Of a stretch of DNA of 64,000 nt, positions 18,067 to 26,954 are shown one piece after another. Within the stretch, counting starts at the first letter, position 1; the number at the start of each line of letters is the position of its first letter. The DNA comes from a virus. Lineage: Duplodnaviria > Caudoviricetes. The notes beneath the pieces are model-generated. The model saw nothing but the letters and a program-made list of their open reading frames with translations. It was not told the DNA's origin and ran no database searches. The position numbers and the translations under genes were made by a program. The stretch is from IMG/VR virus record IMGVR_UViG_3300033122_000343, one strand, 5' to 3'.

Positions 18067-19007
18067 TTGAATTCACACTCCACCATAATTTCAGTTAATG
18101 CTGCCAAAAGATTTATTTCTTGGTCAGCAACAAAGGCAGATTGATGCTGATACTTAGCAATGATAAGGACTGCTTCAGGAACAGATTGTGGTTTTAATGA
18201 AGAATACATCGTATCGTAAATCTTTCTTAAGACAACGTTAGTATCATTGTCTAAATTTTCTACAACCCACTTTCTTACATTTTGAAATTCTTTCTTTGAT
18301 AAAAATGTAATTAGTTGATTTATATTATTACCAGAAAGATCTACAAGACATCCAGAATCAATAGATCCACCACTTCCATGTCTTTGACATTCATTGAGGA
18401 TTCTACGCCAATCTGGAAAGTGTTTGTTGATAAGTTCTGCGAGGACTTTGTTGTCAGCGTTGCATCCCTCATTGTCAACAATTTCTTTGAGTCTGTTAAA
18501 AAATTTTGCTGCAATTTGTGGTTTATGTTTTTTATTGATGGCGAAGTCGATGACTGCACATCTGGAGTGGAGTGGTTCAATTATTTTGTTTTTGTAATTA
18601 CAGGTAAAAATGAATCTACAGTTCCCAGTGAACTCCTCAATACTCGCTCGCAAAAGGAGCTGTACATCGGGAGTGGTATTGTCTGCTTCATCAATGATGA
18701 TGACTTTGTGCTTCGCTTGACTCGTAATCGATACGGTGGATGCAAAGTTTTTTGCTTTATTACGGACGGTATCGAGGAATCTCCCTTCGTCTGATCCGTT
18801 AATGACATAAGAATCTACTCCTAACTCTGAACATAATGCCTTTGCTACTGTAGTTTTTCCAATACCTGGCGGTCCTGAAAGTAGCAAGTTTGGTATTTCG
18901 CCTTTATTTAGAAACTCTTTAAAAGTTTTCTTTGTGCTTTGAGGTAGGATACATTCATCAATACTTTTGGGTCTATACTTTTCGACCCAGATGAAATCAT
19001 CCCTCAT
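18063..19007 (-). CDS. gp44: Clamp loader AAA+ subunit
   Basis: WVEKYRP, GPPGIGKTT, IIDEAD, LHSRC. Confidence 0.97.
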   Translation of the reverse strand: MRDDFIWVEKYRPKSIDECILPQSTKKTFKEFLNKGEIPNLLLSGPPGIGKTTVAKALCSELGVDSYVINGSDEGRFLDTVRNKAKNFASTVSITSQAKHKVIIIDEADNTTPDVQLLLRASIEEFTGNCRFIFTCNYKNKIIEPLHSRCAVIDFAINKKHKPQIAAKFFNRLKEIVDNEGCNADNKVLAELINKHFPDWRRILNECQRHGSGGSIDSGCLVDLSGNNINQLITFLSKKEFQNVRKWVVENLDNDTNVVLRKIYDTMYSSLKPQSVPEAVLIIAKYQHQSAFVADQEINLLAALTEIMVECEFK

Positions 19008-19671
19008 AAGTTGAGTCTGGTTCTAGTGCAATGTAATATGTAAGATTGAAATTTTCGTTTTCAAACTTAGATAATTTTTTTTCTGATATAGTTACTTGAT
19101 ATGTCCCTGTAATTAATTTAAGATTTTCAATTTTAAAATTAAAAGAAAAATTAGCATCAGTCTTACCGACGACAACGGAATGATCATTAGACGTTTGATT
19201 TTTTCTATCAGTAACAAGCAGTCTTATGGCACCGTCACCACCAACAACAGATAAATCTGGTAAACATAGTATTGCTGCTGCTTTTAATATCTTTTGTAAT
19301 TGTATTGCCTGTATAGTAAACGTTACTTCCTTTGACGGAAGTTCCATTTCTTTATCTGGAGGTGCAATAATTACACTAGGATCAGAAAAGAAATATTTGG
19401 AACGATTAAATTTTCCTTCTTTTATTGTAAGATAAGATTCGTTTGATATAACATCTACTTCTGGGTCATCATATAAATTCAGTGTATTTAAAAACTGTGG
19501 TAGATCGTAGATTGCAAAATCTTTTGGAATATGTTCTTCTATCTTTGCTTCTGCCAATACATTTTGCATTGGTGATATGGTACGCAGAGAGTTACCACTT
19601 TTAAAAGACAGTGACTGATTAATAGTTGTAAAATTTTGCAGGACTTTTACAGTTTTATCAGACAATTTCAT
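18997..19671 (-). CDS. gp45: Sliding clamp
   Basis: MKLS..T..VL.NF..INQS, FAIYDL.QFL, YYIALEPDS; start at 19671. Confidence 0.95.
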   Translation of the reverse strand: MKLSDKTVKVLQNFTTINQSLSFKSGNSLRTISPMQNVLAEAKIEEHIPKDFAIYDLPQFLNTLNLYDDPEVDVISNESYLTIKEGKFNRSKYFFSDPSVIIAPPDKEMELPSKEVTFTIQAIQLQKILKAAAILCLPDLSVVGGDGAIRLLVTDRKNQTSNDHSVVVGKTDANFSFNFKIENLKLITGTYQVTISEKKLSKFENENFNLTYYIALEPDSTYEG

Positions 19672-19744
19672 ATTTGGTCTCAATTTCAAAATCCCCATAG
19701 TTATATTACTTACTTACTCTAGCAGCGTTATAATAATAAAACAA

Positions 19745-19819
19745 CTAGGAGTATACCAAACTAGTAGGATTAATATAAATGTATAGAAAAATAATAGATG
19801 AGAATAATAGATGGTTCAT
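19745..19819 (-). CDS. 24-aa hydrophobic peptide (MNHLLFSSIIFLYIYINPTSLVYS)
   Basis: Manually read; ATGA overlap with upstream stop at end of hli operon. Confidence 0.5.
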   Translation of the reverse strand: MNHLLFSSIIFLYIYINPTSLVYS

Positions 19820-19989
19820 GTCGGTGCCATAATGGGTATTGCTTTTCCACCATCACTACCGTCATCGTCATCATCACTACCAAACAATCTAAGGATATAT
19901 TCAATAGTGATGAGTCCTATGATAGGGTATATAACCCATAGGAATGCGGTAAGAGGTGATATTTCATTAACTGCTGAGAGTTCTGACAT
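19816..19989 (-). CDS. 57-aa membrane peptide with acidic DDDDD-GGK tail
   Basis: Manually read MSELSAVNEISPLTAFLWVIYPIIGLITIEYILRLFGSDDDDDGSDGGKAIPIMAPT; TAATG-coupled to hli. Confidence 0.75.
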   Translation of the reverse strand: MSELSAVNEISPLTAFLWVIYPIIGLITIEYILRLFGSDDDDDGSDGGKAIPIMAPT

Positions 19990-20114
19990 TAAAACATGCC
20001 GAAGAACATATGACCAGTTAATATATCTGATGTTGCTGCTGCAACTAAACCAAGCATTGCTAATCTTCCGTTAAGTTTTTCAGCAAATACTTTTTGATCT
20101 TCTAATTTTTTCAT
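19989..20114 (-). CDS. hli: High-light-inducible protein (41 aa)
   Basis: AEKLNGRLAMLG motif; true start MKKLEDQK at 20114 (TAATG overlap). Confidence 0.9.
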   Translation of the reverse strand: MKKLEDQKVFAEKLNGRLAMLGLVAAATSDILTGHMFFGMF

Positions 20115-20221
20115 TAGAAAATACCAGGAATTATTTGACCAGTTGTGACGTATGCTCCAACTGCTGCTACGAAACCGAGCATTGCTGCCCATCCGTTAAA
20201 TCTTTCTGCTTCAGGTGTCAT
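20114..20221 (-). CDS. hli: High-light-inducible protein (35 aa, missed by ORF track)
   Basis: Manually read MTPEAERFNGWAAMLGFVAAVGAYVTTGQIIPGIF. Confidence 0.95.
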   Translation of the reverse strand: MTPEAERFNGWAAMLGFVAAVGAYVTTGQIIPGIF

Positions 20222-20406
20222 TAGAAAATACCAGGAATAAGTTGACCAGTTGTAATATATGCTCCTAAACCAGAAACAATACCAATCATTGCTAATTGAC
20301 CGTTTACTCTTTCTGCGTTTACGAAGTAGTTCTCCTCAATTAAATCTACAGGTGGTTCAGTTGGGAACATGTTTTGACGACCACCAGTCTCAGTTGTTAC
20401 TGTCAT
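20221..20406 (-). CDS. hli: High-light-inducible protein (61 aa)
   Basis: AERVNGQLAMIG...TTGQLIPGIF. Confidence 0.93.
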   Translation of the reverse strand: MTVTTETGGRQNMFPTEPPVDLIEENYFVNAERVNGQLAMIGIVSGLGAYITTGQLIPGIF

Positions 20407-20432
20407 GAAGTTTTGTTAAGAACTGTTACATT

Positions 20433-20461
20433 ATTATATAGCATTTGTAAACTTTTGTAAA
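20433..20461 (-). promoter_or_regulatory. sigma70 promoter of hli operon overlapped by HLR1 (RpaB) direct repeat
   Basis: TTTACA-17-TATAAT; TTTACAAA-AG-TTTACAAA at 20444-20461. Confidence 0.8.
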
Positions 20462-20464
20462 CAC

Positions 20465-20490
20465 AAAAAAAGAGGTGCTATTCGCACCTC
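20465..20490 (-). terminator. intrinsic terminator after OMP-like gene
   Basis: GAGGTGC-GAATA-GCACCTC followed by T7. Confidence 0.88.
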
Positions 20491-20514
20491 CTGACAATCT
20501 GCTATGCAATAAAG

Positions 20515-20874
20515 TTAGAACTTGTACTTTACTCCAGTTTTGAACTCGTACTTGTTGTCGCCACCATCATTTGATTCATATTTGATGGATGCTTTAGCAC
20601 CAACTGAATCTGTGATAGGGAAACCTACACCAGAAGCAATGAAGAATTCTGTTTCTGAATCTCCACCATCTGCTACTGTTGTAACAGGACCACCTTCTAC
20701 AAAGTACTTAGTAGTACCAACTTTACCTTCGTAACCGAGACTTGCTTCAAATTCGGTTGAAGAGTAGTCAGAACCTGTCCACTTTGATTTTGTGTCGATA
20801 CCGACGTAAGGACCTGCTAATACAGGTGCTGAGAATGCAGAGACTGCTGCTACTGCTAAGAGTGATTTAATCAT
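20515..20874 (-). CDS. Small outer-membrane beta-barrel-like protein (host-like)
   Basis: Signal peptide MIKSLLAVAAVSAFSAPVLA, alternating beta pattern, C-terminal GVKYKF (aromatic terminal residue); start at 20874. Confidence 0.75.
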   Translation of the reverse strand: MIKSLLAVAAVSAFSAPVLAGPYVGIDTKSKWTGSDYSSTEFEASLGYEGKVGTTKYFVEGGPVTTVADGGDSETEFFIASGVGFPITDSVGAKASIKYESNDGGDNKYEFKTGVKYKF

Positions 20875-20888
20875 TTTTGTTTTAGTAT

Positions 20889-20969
20889 CTCGCAAGAAAA
20901 AATCCTGCGGATGTTAGACCTCCCCGACATGGAAGTCTTTTTATCTACGCAGGGTTACGATCTTTCGAG
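20889..20969 (-). ncRNA. structured 5' leader RNA (candidate cis-regulatory motif)
   Basis: Nested pairings CUCGAAAG/CUUGCGAG, CCUGCG/CGCAGG, AGACUUCC/GGAGGUCU; GC-rich island in an AT-rich genome. Confidence 0.6.
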
Positions 20970-20982
20970 TCCTTTGTGATGG

Positions 20983-20990
20983 TATTTATA
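20983..20990 (-). promoter_or_regulatory. T4 consensus late promoter TATAAATA
   Basis: Exact T4 late consensus upstream of the structured leader and OMP gene. Confidence 0.75.
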
Positions 20991-21236
20991 GCACCAATTG
21001 GTGTAAATAAATACAAATTGTGTTGATATCACAGCACCTACCTTCCTTGTCAAATTGAACTAAATGTTGATAGTGCTACAACATTTAATTCCAATAATAA
21101 AAATAGGTTGGTCAAGGTGCCGTGATTGTCTATATCTTTTGTAGGTTAGAATTCATATCGGATTTATATGAATCTGACTTAACTATTTTGATATAAACAG
21201 TAGAAGTACTATATCATATAAAAAAATTAAAAGTGG

Positions 21237-22946
21237 TTATGTTAAATATGAAAATCCTTTTTCTTTTTTAAATTCAAGCACAGTCTCAAATTTGTCATGC
21301 AATTCATTCTTATGTGAGATAACAAATATATTTGCATCCTTTACAACAAAACGAATAATTTTCATAAATTCATCAGTGCCATAACTATCAAGCGAAGAAT
21401 CAAAAACCTCATCCATAATTAATAAATTTGTCGCAACACTATTTTTTAATCTAGCAATTTCTCTCCATGTAAAAAGTAGTGATAGATCAATTCTCATTTT
21501 TTCACCTTCACTAAAAGAAGGATATGAAAACTTTTCGTGAATTGGTGATTCTACTTTTTCATTAAACTCTGTATCAAACGAAAAATTAATATAGAAATCC
21601 ATCATTTGTAGATATCTATTTACTTGTTGATTAATCAGAGGTAGATATTTCTTAATGATGGAACTCTTTACACCATCATCTTTAAGTAATTTATTTGCTT
21701 GAAGATAGTAGTTATAATCTTCTTTTACTTTATCATAATCTTTTAGAATATCTCTTAGATCTTTTTTATACTCACTTAATTTCTCATATTCAGAATTTGT
21801 ATCTTGAGTGCGGTTGGCAACATTTTGAATTTCTTGTTCAAGTACGTTTCGTTGCTTATTGGATTCAGAAATGCGAACATTAATCTGAGAAATTTCATTC
21901 TGGATTTTAGTAATCTTTCTTTGGCAGTTGTTGTATAAACTCTCTCTGCCTTCCTCTTCTGATATTTTAATATCTATCTCAGAAATATTATTTCCGTGAT
22001 TTTTTAAAGATTCTGAAAGTTGTTCAAGTTTATTTATTCTGAATTTTTCTTGAATTGCTTGTGTACATGTAGGGCATTCTTTATTGTTTTCAAAAAAATG
22101 TATTACTTGTGTAACATTTTTTTTCTTACTTTCAATTTTAGTTTTGAAATTAACTAACTTTTTTATCATAGCAGTTGCAGAAAGGTTACTCTTTGCCTGT
22201 TCATTCCAATCATTTAGTTCGGCCTTGCACTTTTCAATCTGAAAATTAAAATCAACAATATTGTTTTCAATAAATTTTATCTTTTTTTCCTTGTCATCTA
22301 TATCAGTTTTTGTTGATCTTTCTACGGATTCAATAAATTTTTTTTGCATAACAATTTTGTCACCAAAATTTTCTTTTTTCATTTCTAATATTTTTATTTT
22401 ATCTCTACTATCTTTAATCTTTTGCTTCAGTATGTCTGACATAGAGGTAAAAACTTTTATGTCAAGCAAGTCTTCAATGACCTCTCTCCTGTGAGGAGAT
22501 GACAACTGCATAAAAGGTATGTAACCTGCACTTCCTATAATAACTATCTGTGTAAATGATTTAAAATTTAATTTTAATATCTGTTGCTCTAATGTTTTTT
22601 GTTGATCTATAGCAGATGCATCTTCATTTAATTTTTTGCCCTTTCGATAGATCTCAAATATAGATGGTTTGAATCCTCTTTTTACTTTATATTGAATTTT
22701 ATTAATATCAAAATCTATTTCAACTAAACAATCTTTATCATTTTGTGAATTTACTATTTGACTTTTAGTAATTTTTCTAAAAGGTCTATTGAACAATGAA
22801 AAACATAAAGCATCGAGCATTGTGCTTTTGCCTGAACCGTTATCGCCAACAATTATATTAGTTCTCTGTTTATTCAAAGGTATCTCTATAAATTGATTAC
22901 CAGTTGATAAAAAATTTTTATAACGAAGATGTTTAAAGGTCAGCAT
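21237..22946 (-). CDS. gp46: Rad50/SbcC-like recombination ATPase
   Basis: KNFLSTGN, GDNGSGKST, CPTC zinc hook, FSEGEKMRID, MDEVFDSSLD. Confidence 0.97.
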   Translation of the reverse strand: MLTFKHLRYKNFLSTGNQFIEIPLNKQRTNIIVGDNGSGKSTMLDALCFSLFNRPFRKITKSQIVNSQNDKDCLVEIDFDINKIQYKVKRGFKPSIFEIYRKGKKLNEDASAIDQQKTLEQQILKLNFKSFTQIVIIGSAGYIPFMQLSSPHRREVIEDLLDIKVFTSMSDILKQKIKDSRDKIKILEMKKENFGDKIVMQKKFIESVERSTKTDIDDKEKKIKFIENNIVDFNFQIEKCKAELNDWNEQAKSNLSATAMIKKLVNFKTKIESKKKNVTQVIHFFENNKECPTCTQAIQEKFRINKLEQLSESLKNHGNNISEIDIKISEEEGRESLYNNCQRKITKIQNEISQINVRISESNKQRNVLEQEIQNVANRTQDTNSEYEKLSEYKKDLRDILKDYDKVKEDYNYYLQANKLLKDDGVKSSIIKKYLPLINQQVNRYLQMMDFYINFSFDTEFNEKVESPIHEKFSYPSFSEGEKMRIDLSLLFTWREIARLKNSVATNLLIMDEVFDSSLDSYGTDEFMKIIRFVVKDANIFVISHKNELHDKFETVLEFKKEKGFSYLT

Positions 22947-23215
22947 TAATAATTAGTTAGTTCATCAGGTGGCACAACTATATCTTCAGGTGTGATTATC
23001 GCCCACTTAGTTTGTGTTTCATTAAGGGCAGCAATGGCTACCATATCATCGAGTTCTACAACCTTCATTGTAGGGTTTCCTTCGCTTTCTAGCAATAACG
23101 CATATCTTTCAGCATCATCTCTTTCATCAAAACAAAACACAACTTTTTCATTATCGTCATCTCTAACGGCATAAGCACCATCTTTTTCATTTTCTTTCAT
23201 TGCAATTACATACAT
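22946..23215 (-). CDS. conserved cyanophage hypothetical protein
   Basis: DGAYAV...F.E.DDAERYA..LE, ITPEDIVVPP; lies between gp47 and gp46; likely start 23215. Confidence 0.75.
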   Translation of the reverse strand: MYVIAMKENEKDGAYAVRDDDNEKVVFCFDERDDAERYALLLESEGNPTMKVVELDDMVAIAALNETQTKWAIITPEDIVVPPDELTNY

Positions 23216-24258
23216 TACATTACCTCGCATGCTTCGTGATAGATTTTTTTAACTATATTTTTTATCCTTGGTTTATGTAGGTTAGTTTCAAGGTCATCAA
23301 CATACTTATCAAGTAATGTCATAGTGTCTTCAGTTGTATCAACTATTGCATCATCAAAATCTAAAAGAGGATCTATTTTTTCTACTATTTTGATATCATA
23401 CGGATTAGAAAATTGTAATGCTTCCATAAACTTGTCATATTCTTTTTCATTTGATTTTTTCTTTATTATAATTTTTACTATTTTTTGTTTATATTTTAAA
23501 AAATTATGTAATTGTCGTGGTGTGTCGTCATATTTAATAACTTTGTACATAGTGAAAGGATTATTAATTACTTCTAGTTCTAGTGTTTCTGTATCAAATA
23601 TATGGAAACCCCTTTTATCTCCTACATCGTTCCAAAATAATTCATATGGATTACCTAGATAAAAAATTCTACCATCATTAGATCTCGTATGATAATGACC
23701 TGAAAAAACACGATCAAATTTTAAAAAAGGTTCTATATCATGGCCTTCATCCATACAATATCCATGATGTGCATAGAAACCATTGAGTTCTAAATGTCCC
23801 ATTGATATTTTTGCTTTTGATTTCTCAATCATTTCCTTAGTAAGATCCATATTTTCAGGAGTTATCCAAGGAACAAATAATATATCTCTACCTCCTACAT
23901 TAATTTCCTCTGGATCAACCACAATTCGTATATTGCTATATTCTCGTAAGAGAAGATCAATAGTGTTAACGCAGTTAGTGTTTTTATAGAAAGCGGTATG
24001 ATTACCAACAATTGAGATAAGAGATATATTGCGATCTCGTAAGGGATTAAACCAATTCTTCTGAGACCAATCCAAGGAATATAAATCAATGCCTTTACGA
24101 TTATCAAAAGTATCCCCAAGGTCGAGCACAGTGTTGATTCCACGTTCCTGTATAGTTGGAAAAAAGGTTTCTTCATAAAACTTTTGAAAATATTCGTGAA
24201 ACAATTTAGATCCTTTTTTAAATCCAAAGTGTTGATCAGTAATAATTGCAACTTTCAT
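23215..24258 (-). CDS. gp47: Mre11/SbcD-like nuclease
   Basis: ITDQHFG, LGDTFDNR, VGNH, GHLE, SGHYH. Confidence 0.97.
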   Translation of the reverse strand: MKVAIITDQHFGFKKGSKLFHEYFQKFYEETFFPTIQERGINTVLDLGDTFDNRKGIDLYSLDWSQKNWFNPLRDRNISLISIVGNHTAFYKNTNCVNTIDLLLREYSNIRIVVDPEEINVGGRDILFVPWITPENMDLTKEMIEKSKAKISMGHLELNGFYAHHGYCMDEGHDIEPFLKFDRVFSGHYHTRSNDGRIFYLGNPYELFWNDVGDKRGFHIFDTETLELEVINNPFTMYKVIKYDDTPRQLHNFLKYKQKIVKIIIKKKSNEKEYDKFMEALQFSNPYDIKIVEKIDPLLDFDDAIVDTTEDTMTLLDKYVDDLETNLHKPRIKNIVKKIYHEACEVM

Positions 24259-24446
24259 TTAGGATTTTTTGGATATAATTTTGATATTTTTTTTTGACGT
24301 AGTTCTTCTTTTTTCCTTCTTGCTTCTACTTCTTCGTCCCACCATTTGACTGGCCAACGATTAAGTTTTAAAGCAGCAACCCATAATTTCTTACGAGGAA
24401 GACGAAAGTATTTCCTTATTATATATTGGAGAGAGAATAATTTCAT
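24255..24446 (-). CDS. hypothetical protein
   Basis: 63-aa ORF with ATGA overlaps on both sides. Confidence 0.65.
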   Translation of the reverse strand: MKLFSLQYIIRKYFRLPRKKLWVAALKLNRWPVKWWDEEVEARRKKEELRQKKISKLYPKNPK

Positions 24447-24916
24447 CTTCTATTGTTATTTTTATATTGAACTGCATCTTTAATAGAATTATATGCTGCA
24501 TAATTATCTTTGTCATCACTTGACATTACCTCATCAAAAGAGGATCTCTCAATAATTTTTTGTTTTATCTCTAATTGTCTTTTTTCTTTTTGTATCCTTC
24601 TTAAAAATGCATAGTATATTATTTGTGTGAAATATGCAAAGGGGTTAGAAGATTTTTCTGGATTAAAATTACTAATATACTGAACACAGTTCTCAATCGA
24701 ATCACATATCATATCATCCTTAAACATATAGTTAACAAAATTAGGTTTAAAGGACAAATGAGTTGCGATTTTTAAAAAACACTCACCAAGGTAATTTGTA
24801 ATTCTGGGTTTTGGTTTTCCTAAACGTTCTGCTTCACTTACAGAATTTTTATAATCAATTATTGCAGCAAGAAATTCTTTGTTATTAACGTAATGATCTG
24901 GCCTTTTCTTTGGCAT
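24443..24916 (-). CDS. gp55: Late transcription sigma factor
   Basis: HYVNNKEFL, YLGECFLKIA..LS.KPNF.NY, NPFAYFTQI.YYAFLRRI.KEK. Confidence 0.96.
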   Translation of the reverse strand: MPKKRPDHYVNNKEFLAAIIDYKNSVSEAERLGKPKPRITNYLGECFLKIATHLSFKPNFVNYMFKDDMICDSIENCVQYISNFNPEKSSNPFAYFTQIIYYAFLRRIQKEKRQLEIKQKIIERSSFDEVMSSDDKDNYAAYNSIKDAVQYKNNNRR

Positions 24917-24973
24917 TTATCTCTGTAATTTAGATGAGTTCTATGATTCACTTTTATAATAATATATGTCTTA

Positions 24974-25002
24974 ATTGTAACACAGCTTGACAGTGTAGGC
25001 AA
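24974..25002 (-). promoter_or_regulatory. sigma70-type promoter for gp55
   Basis: TTGCCT-17-TACAAT with extended -10 TG. Confidence 0.55.
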
Positions 25003-25015
25003 CAAGCAGTACAAT
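24987..25015 (+). promoter_or_regulatory. near-consensus sigma70 promoter firing antisense to the upstream operon
   Basis: TTGACA(24987-24992)-17 nt-TACAAT(25010-25015). Confidence 0.65.
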
Positions 25016-25042
25016 AACCTTGTGAGGTTTGGAAGGATAAAT

Positions 25043-25531
25043 TTAAGTATCTTTACTATCTTTAGTATCCTTAGAGTCCTTCTCGAAAGACTTGTTCCTG
25101 AAAGACTTTTCTAAAAGCAATCTTGCTTTCTTTACAGAACTAATATATCCCATTTTCTTACTAACTTCGGAGTGCTCATGCTCGTCATCCATCGCCGTCC
25201 AACCTCTTGAAATCAGATTTCTATAGGTTTTTATAATATGTTTGTTAGTGATCTCTGATATTGTAACAATCTTGTCAGTGTTTATAACATAAGTCTCATC
25301 TGTACTCATTTTCATCCAAGGTTCAAATTTATATCCCATAGGAATATTACTTCCAGATGCCTTTATCTCTTTACAAATAACTGGATTCTCAACAACGACT
25401 TGATCTCTTTCTTTTTTATCAATCACAACAAGGGCAAGCACTTCTTCTCCAGTAATAAGTTTTATTGTTGCATAAAACTCATCATAAGTTTCTATGTTAT
25501 TTTTTTCCGAATCCGAGTTGGATGATTTCAT
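25043..25531 (-). CDS. conserved cyanophage protein (Sm-like fold candidate); start uncertain
   Basis: FYATIKLITGEEV, PWMKMS, MGYISSV..AR..LE motifs; between uvsW and gp55. Confidence 0.75.
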   Translation of the reverse strand: MKSSNSDSEKNNIETYDEFYATIKLITGEEVLALVVIDKKERDQVVVENPVICKEIKASGSNIPMGYKFEPWMKMSTDETYVINTDKIVTISEITNKHIIKTYRNLISRGWTAMDDEHEHSEVSKKMGYISSVKKARLLLEKSFRNKSFEKDSKDTKDSKDT

Positions 25532-26954
25532 AATTAAACTTTTCCTCGTTGTAGTACTTGATTCTTTCAATCAAATGATTCAAAGTGTAGTTTTGCTTTG
25601 AACCTTTTTTACAATCATCAGCAATATCATAAAGAGTTGCTTTTACTTTTGCATCACCTTTTCTTAAAACTCTTCCTATAGATTGAAGAGTTCTAATACG
25701 AGATTTACTGGGAGAAGAAAAAACAACATTATGTAAATTTTTGATGTTGATTCCAGTAGAGAAAGTTCCAAAAGAAGCAACAATGATTGCATCGTTTTCA
25801 GATTCTACAATCTCTCTTACGGTTTCTCTTTCCTCTGTGTCCACTCCACCGTGAACAAAAAAAACTCGTTTACTATTTGTATTTAGCAAGTCAAAAAGGA
25901 CTTGACCATGTGTAGCAACCCTACTATAAAGAACTAATGTATTACCTTTTAAGTCGTGAACAAGGTTCTTAATAAATTTATTTCTACGTTCATGAGAAAT
26001 TAAATATTTTATTTCGTCCTCATACACTTCAAATTCTTGTGGATCATGCTTAAGTATTAAAACTTTTATATTTAACTTTGCAAGATATCCTGCTTCTTGT
26101 AAATTTTTTGTGTTTACTATTTTATATGAAGAACCAAACAATCCTTCCAATACCCATTTATGAGTTTGACTTCCATCTAATGTTCCAGTAAAACCGTATC
26201 TATATTTTGCTCCGTCTAATTTTGTCATGATACTCATCAAAGACTTTGATTTGAATTGATGAGCCTCATCACCTATCACACATGAAAAGTTTCTAAACCA
26301 TTTTTTATCTTGTTTATATAATGACTGCCATGTTGATATTATGACTGGTGCTTTTGAAAATAAATCTTTACCAGCATAGATGCGGTGGCAGTTGGTCTTA
26401 ACATCCCATCCATATTCATAAAAGTCTTTATACATCTGCTCCACGAGAGAAGTTGTTGGCACAACTATCAAAACTTTTTTATTTTGCTCTGCATGGTATC
26501 TACTTAGTGCGTATATCATTAATGATTTACCACTACCAGTTGGTGAAACAATTAACCTTCTATTGCATTTAAGTGCATCATAAATGCCTTCTATTTGATA
26601 ATCTCTTGGTTTAAAATTTGTAATTTTATTGATATATTCTTTTACTCCTTCATAGGAAACCATATCATTCTCTTCATATGGCAACCCAAAAAATTTACTA
26701 TTCTCAAACTCAAAAGAGTAGTCATACTCTTCACAAAAGGTTTGTATTCTGTGTATTAATCCTGCGTATATTTCTCCTTTATTTAAATTAAATAACTTTA
26801 TCTTACCGTCCCAATACTTATTTCTGTATTGAGGCATGAATTTTGCACCTTCTACATCAAAACTAAATCTATCTGCAAGTTCGTATTTAATATGTGGTTC
26901 ACAATCTACCTTCAAATAAACTTCATTCTTCTTTGATATAGTGAGATCAGCCAT
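25497..26954 (-). CDS. uvsW: RNA-DNA/DNA helicase
   Basis: PRDYQ, SPTGSGKS, GDEAH, GFTGT, QSIGRVLR; start MADLTI at 26954. Confidence 0.96.
   Translation of the reverse strand: MADLTISKKNEVYLKVDCEPHIKYELADRFSFDVEGAKFMPQYRNKYWDGKIKLFNLNKGEIYAGLIHRIQTFCEEYDYSFEFENSKFFGLPYEENDMVSYEGVKEYINKITNFKPRDYQIEGIYDALKCNRRLIVSPTGSGKSLMIYALSRYHAEQNKKVLIVVPTTSLVEQMYKDFYEYGWDVKTNCHRIYAGKDLFSKAPVIISTWQSLYKQDKKWFRNFSCVIGDEAHQFKSKSLMSIMTKLDGAKYRYGFTGTLDGSQTHKWVLEGLFGSSYKIVNTKNLQEAGYLAKLNIKVLILKHDPQEFEVYEDEIKYLISHERRNKFIKNLVHDLKGNTLVLYSRVATHGQVLFDLLNTNSKRVFFVHGGVDTEERETVREIVESENDAIIVASFGTFSTGINIKNLHNVVFSSPSKSRIRTLQSIGRVLRKGDAKVKATLYDIADDCKKGSKQNYTLNHLIERIKYYNEEKFNYEIIQLGFGKK

Noticed and set aside
19989-20192. 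67-aa ORF as called by the track
   Set aside because: Its 5' part is an alternate frame of the 35-aa hli; the real start is ATG 20114
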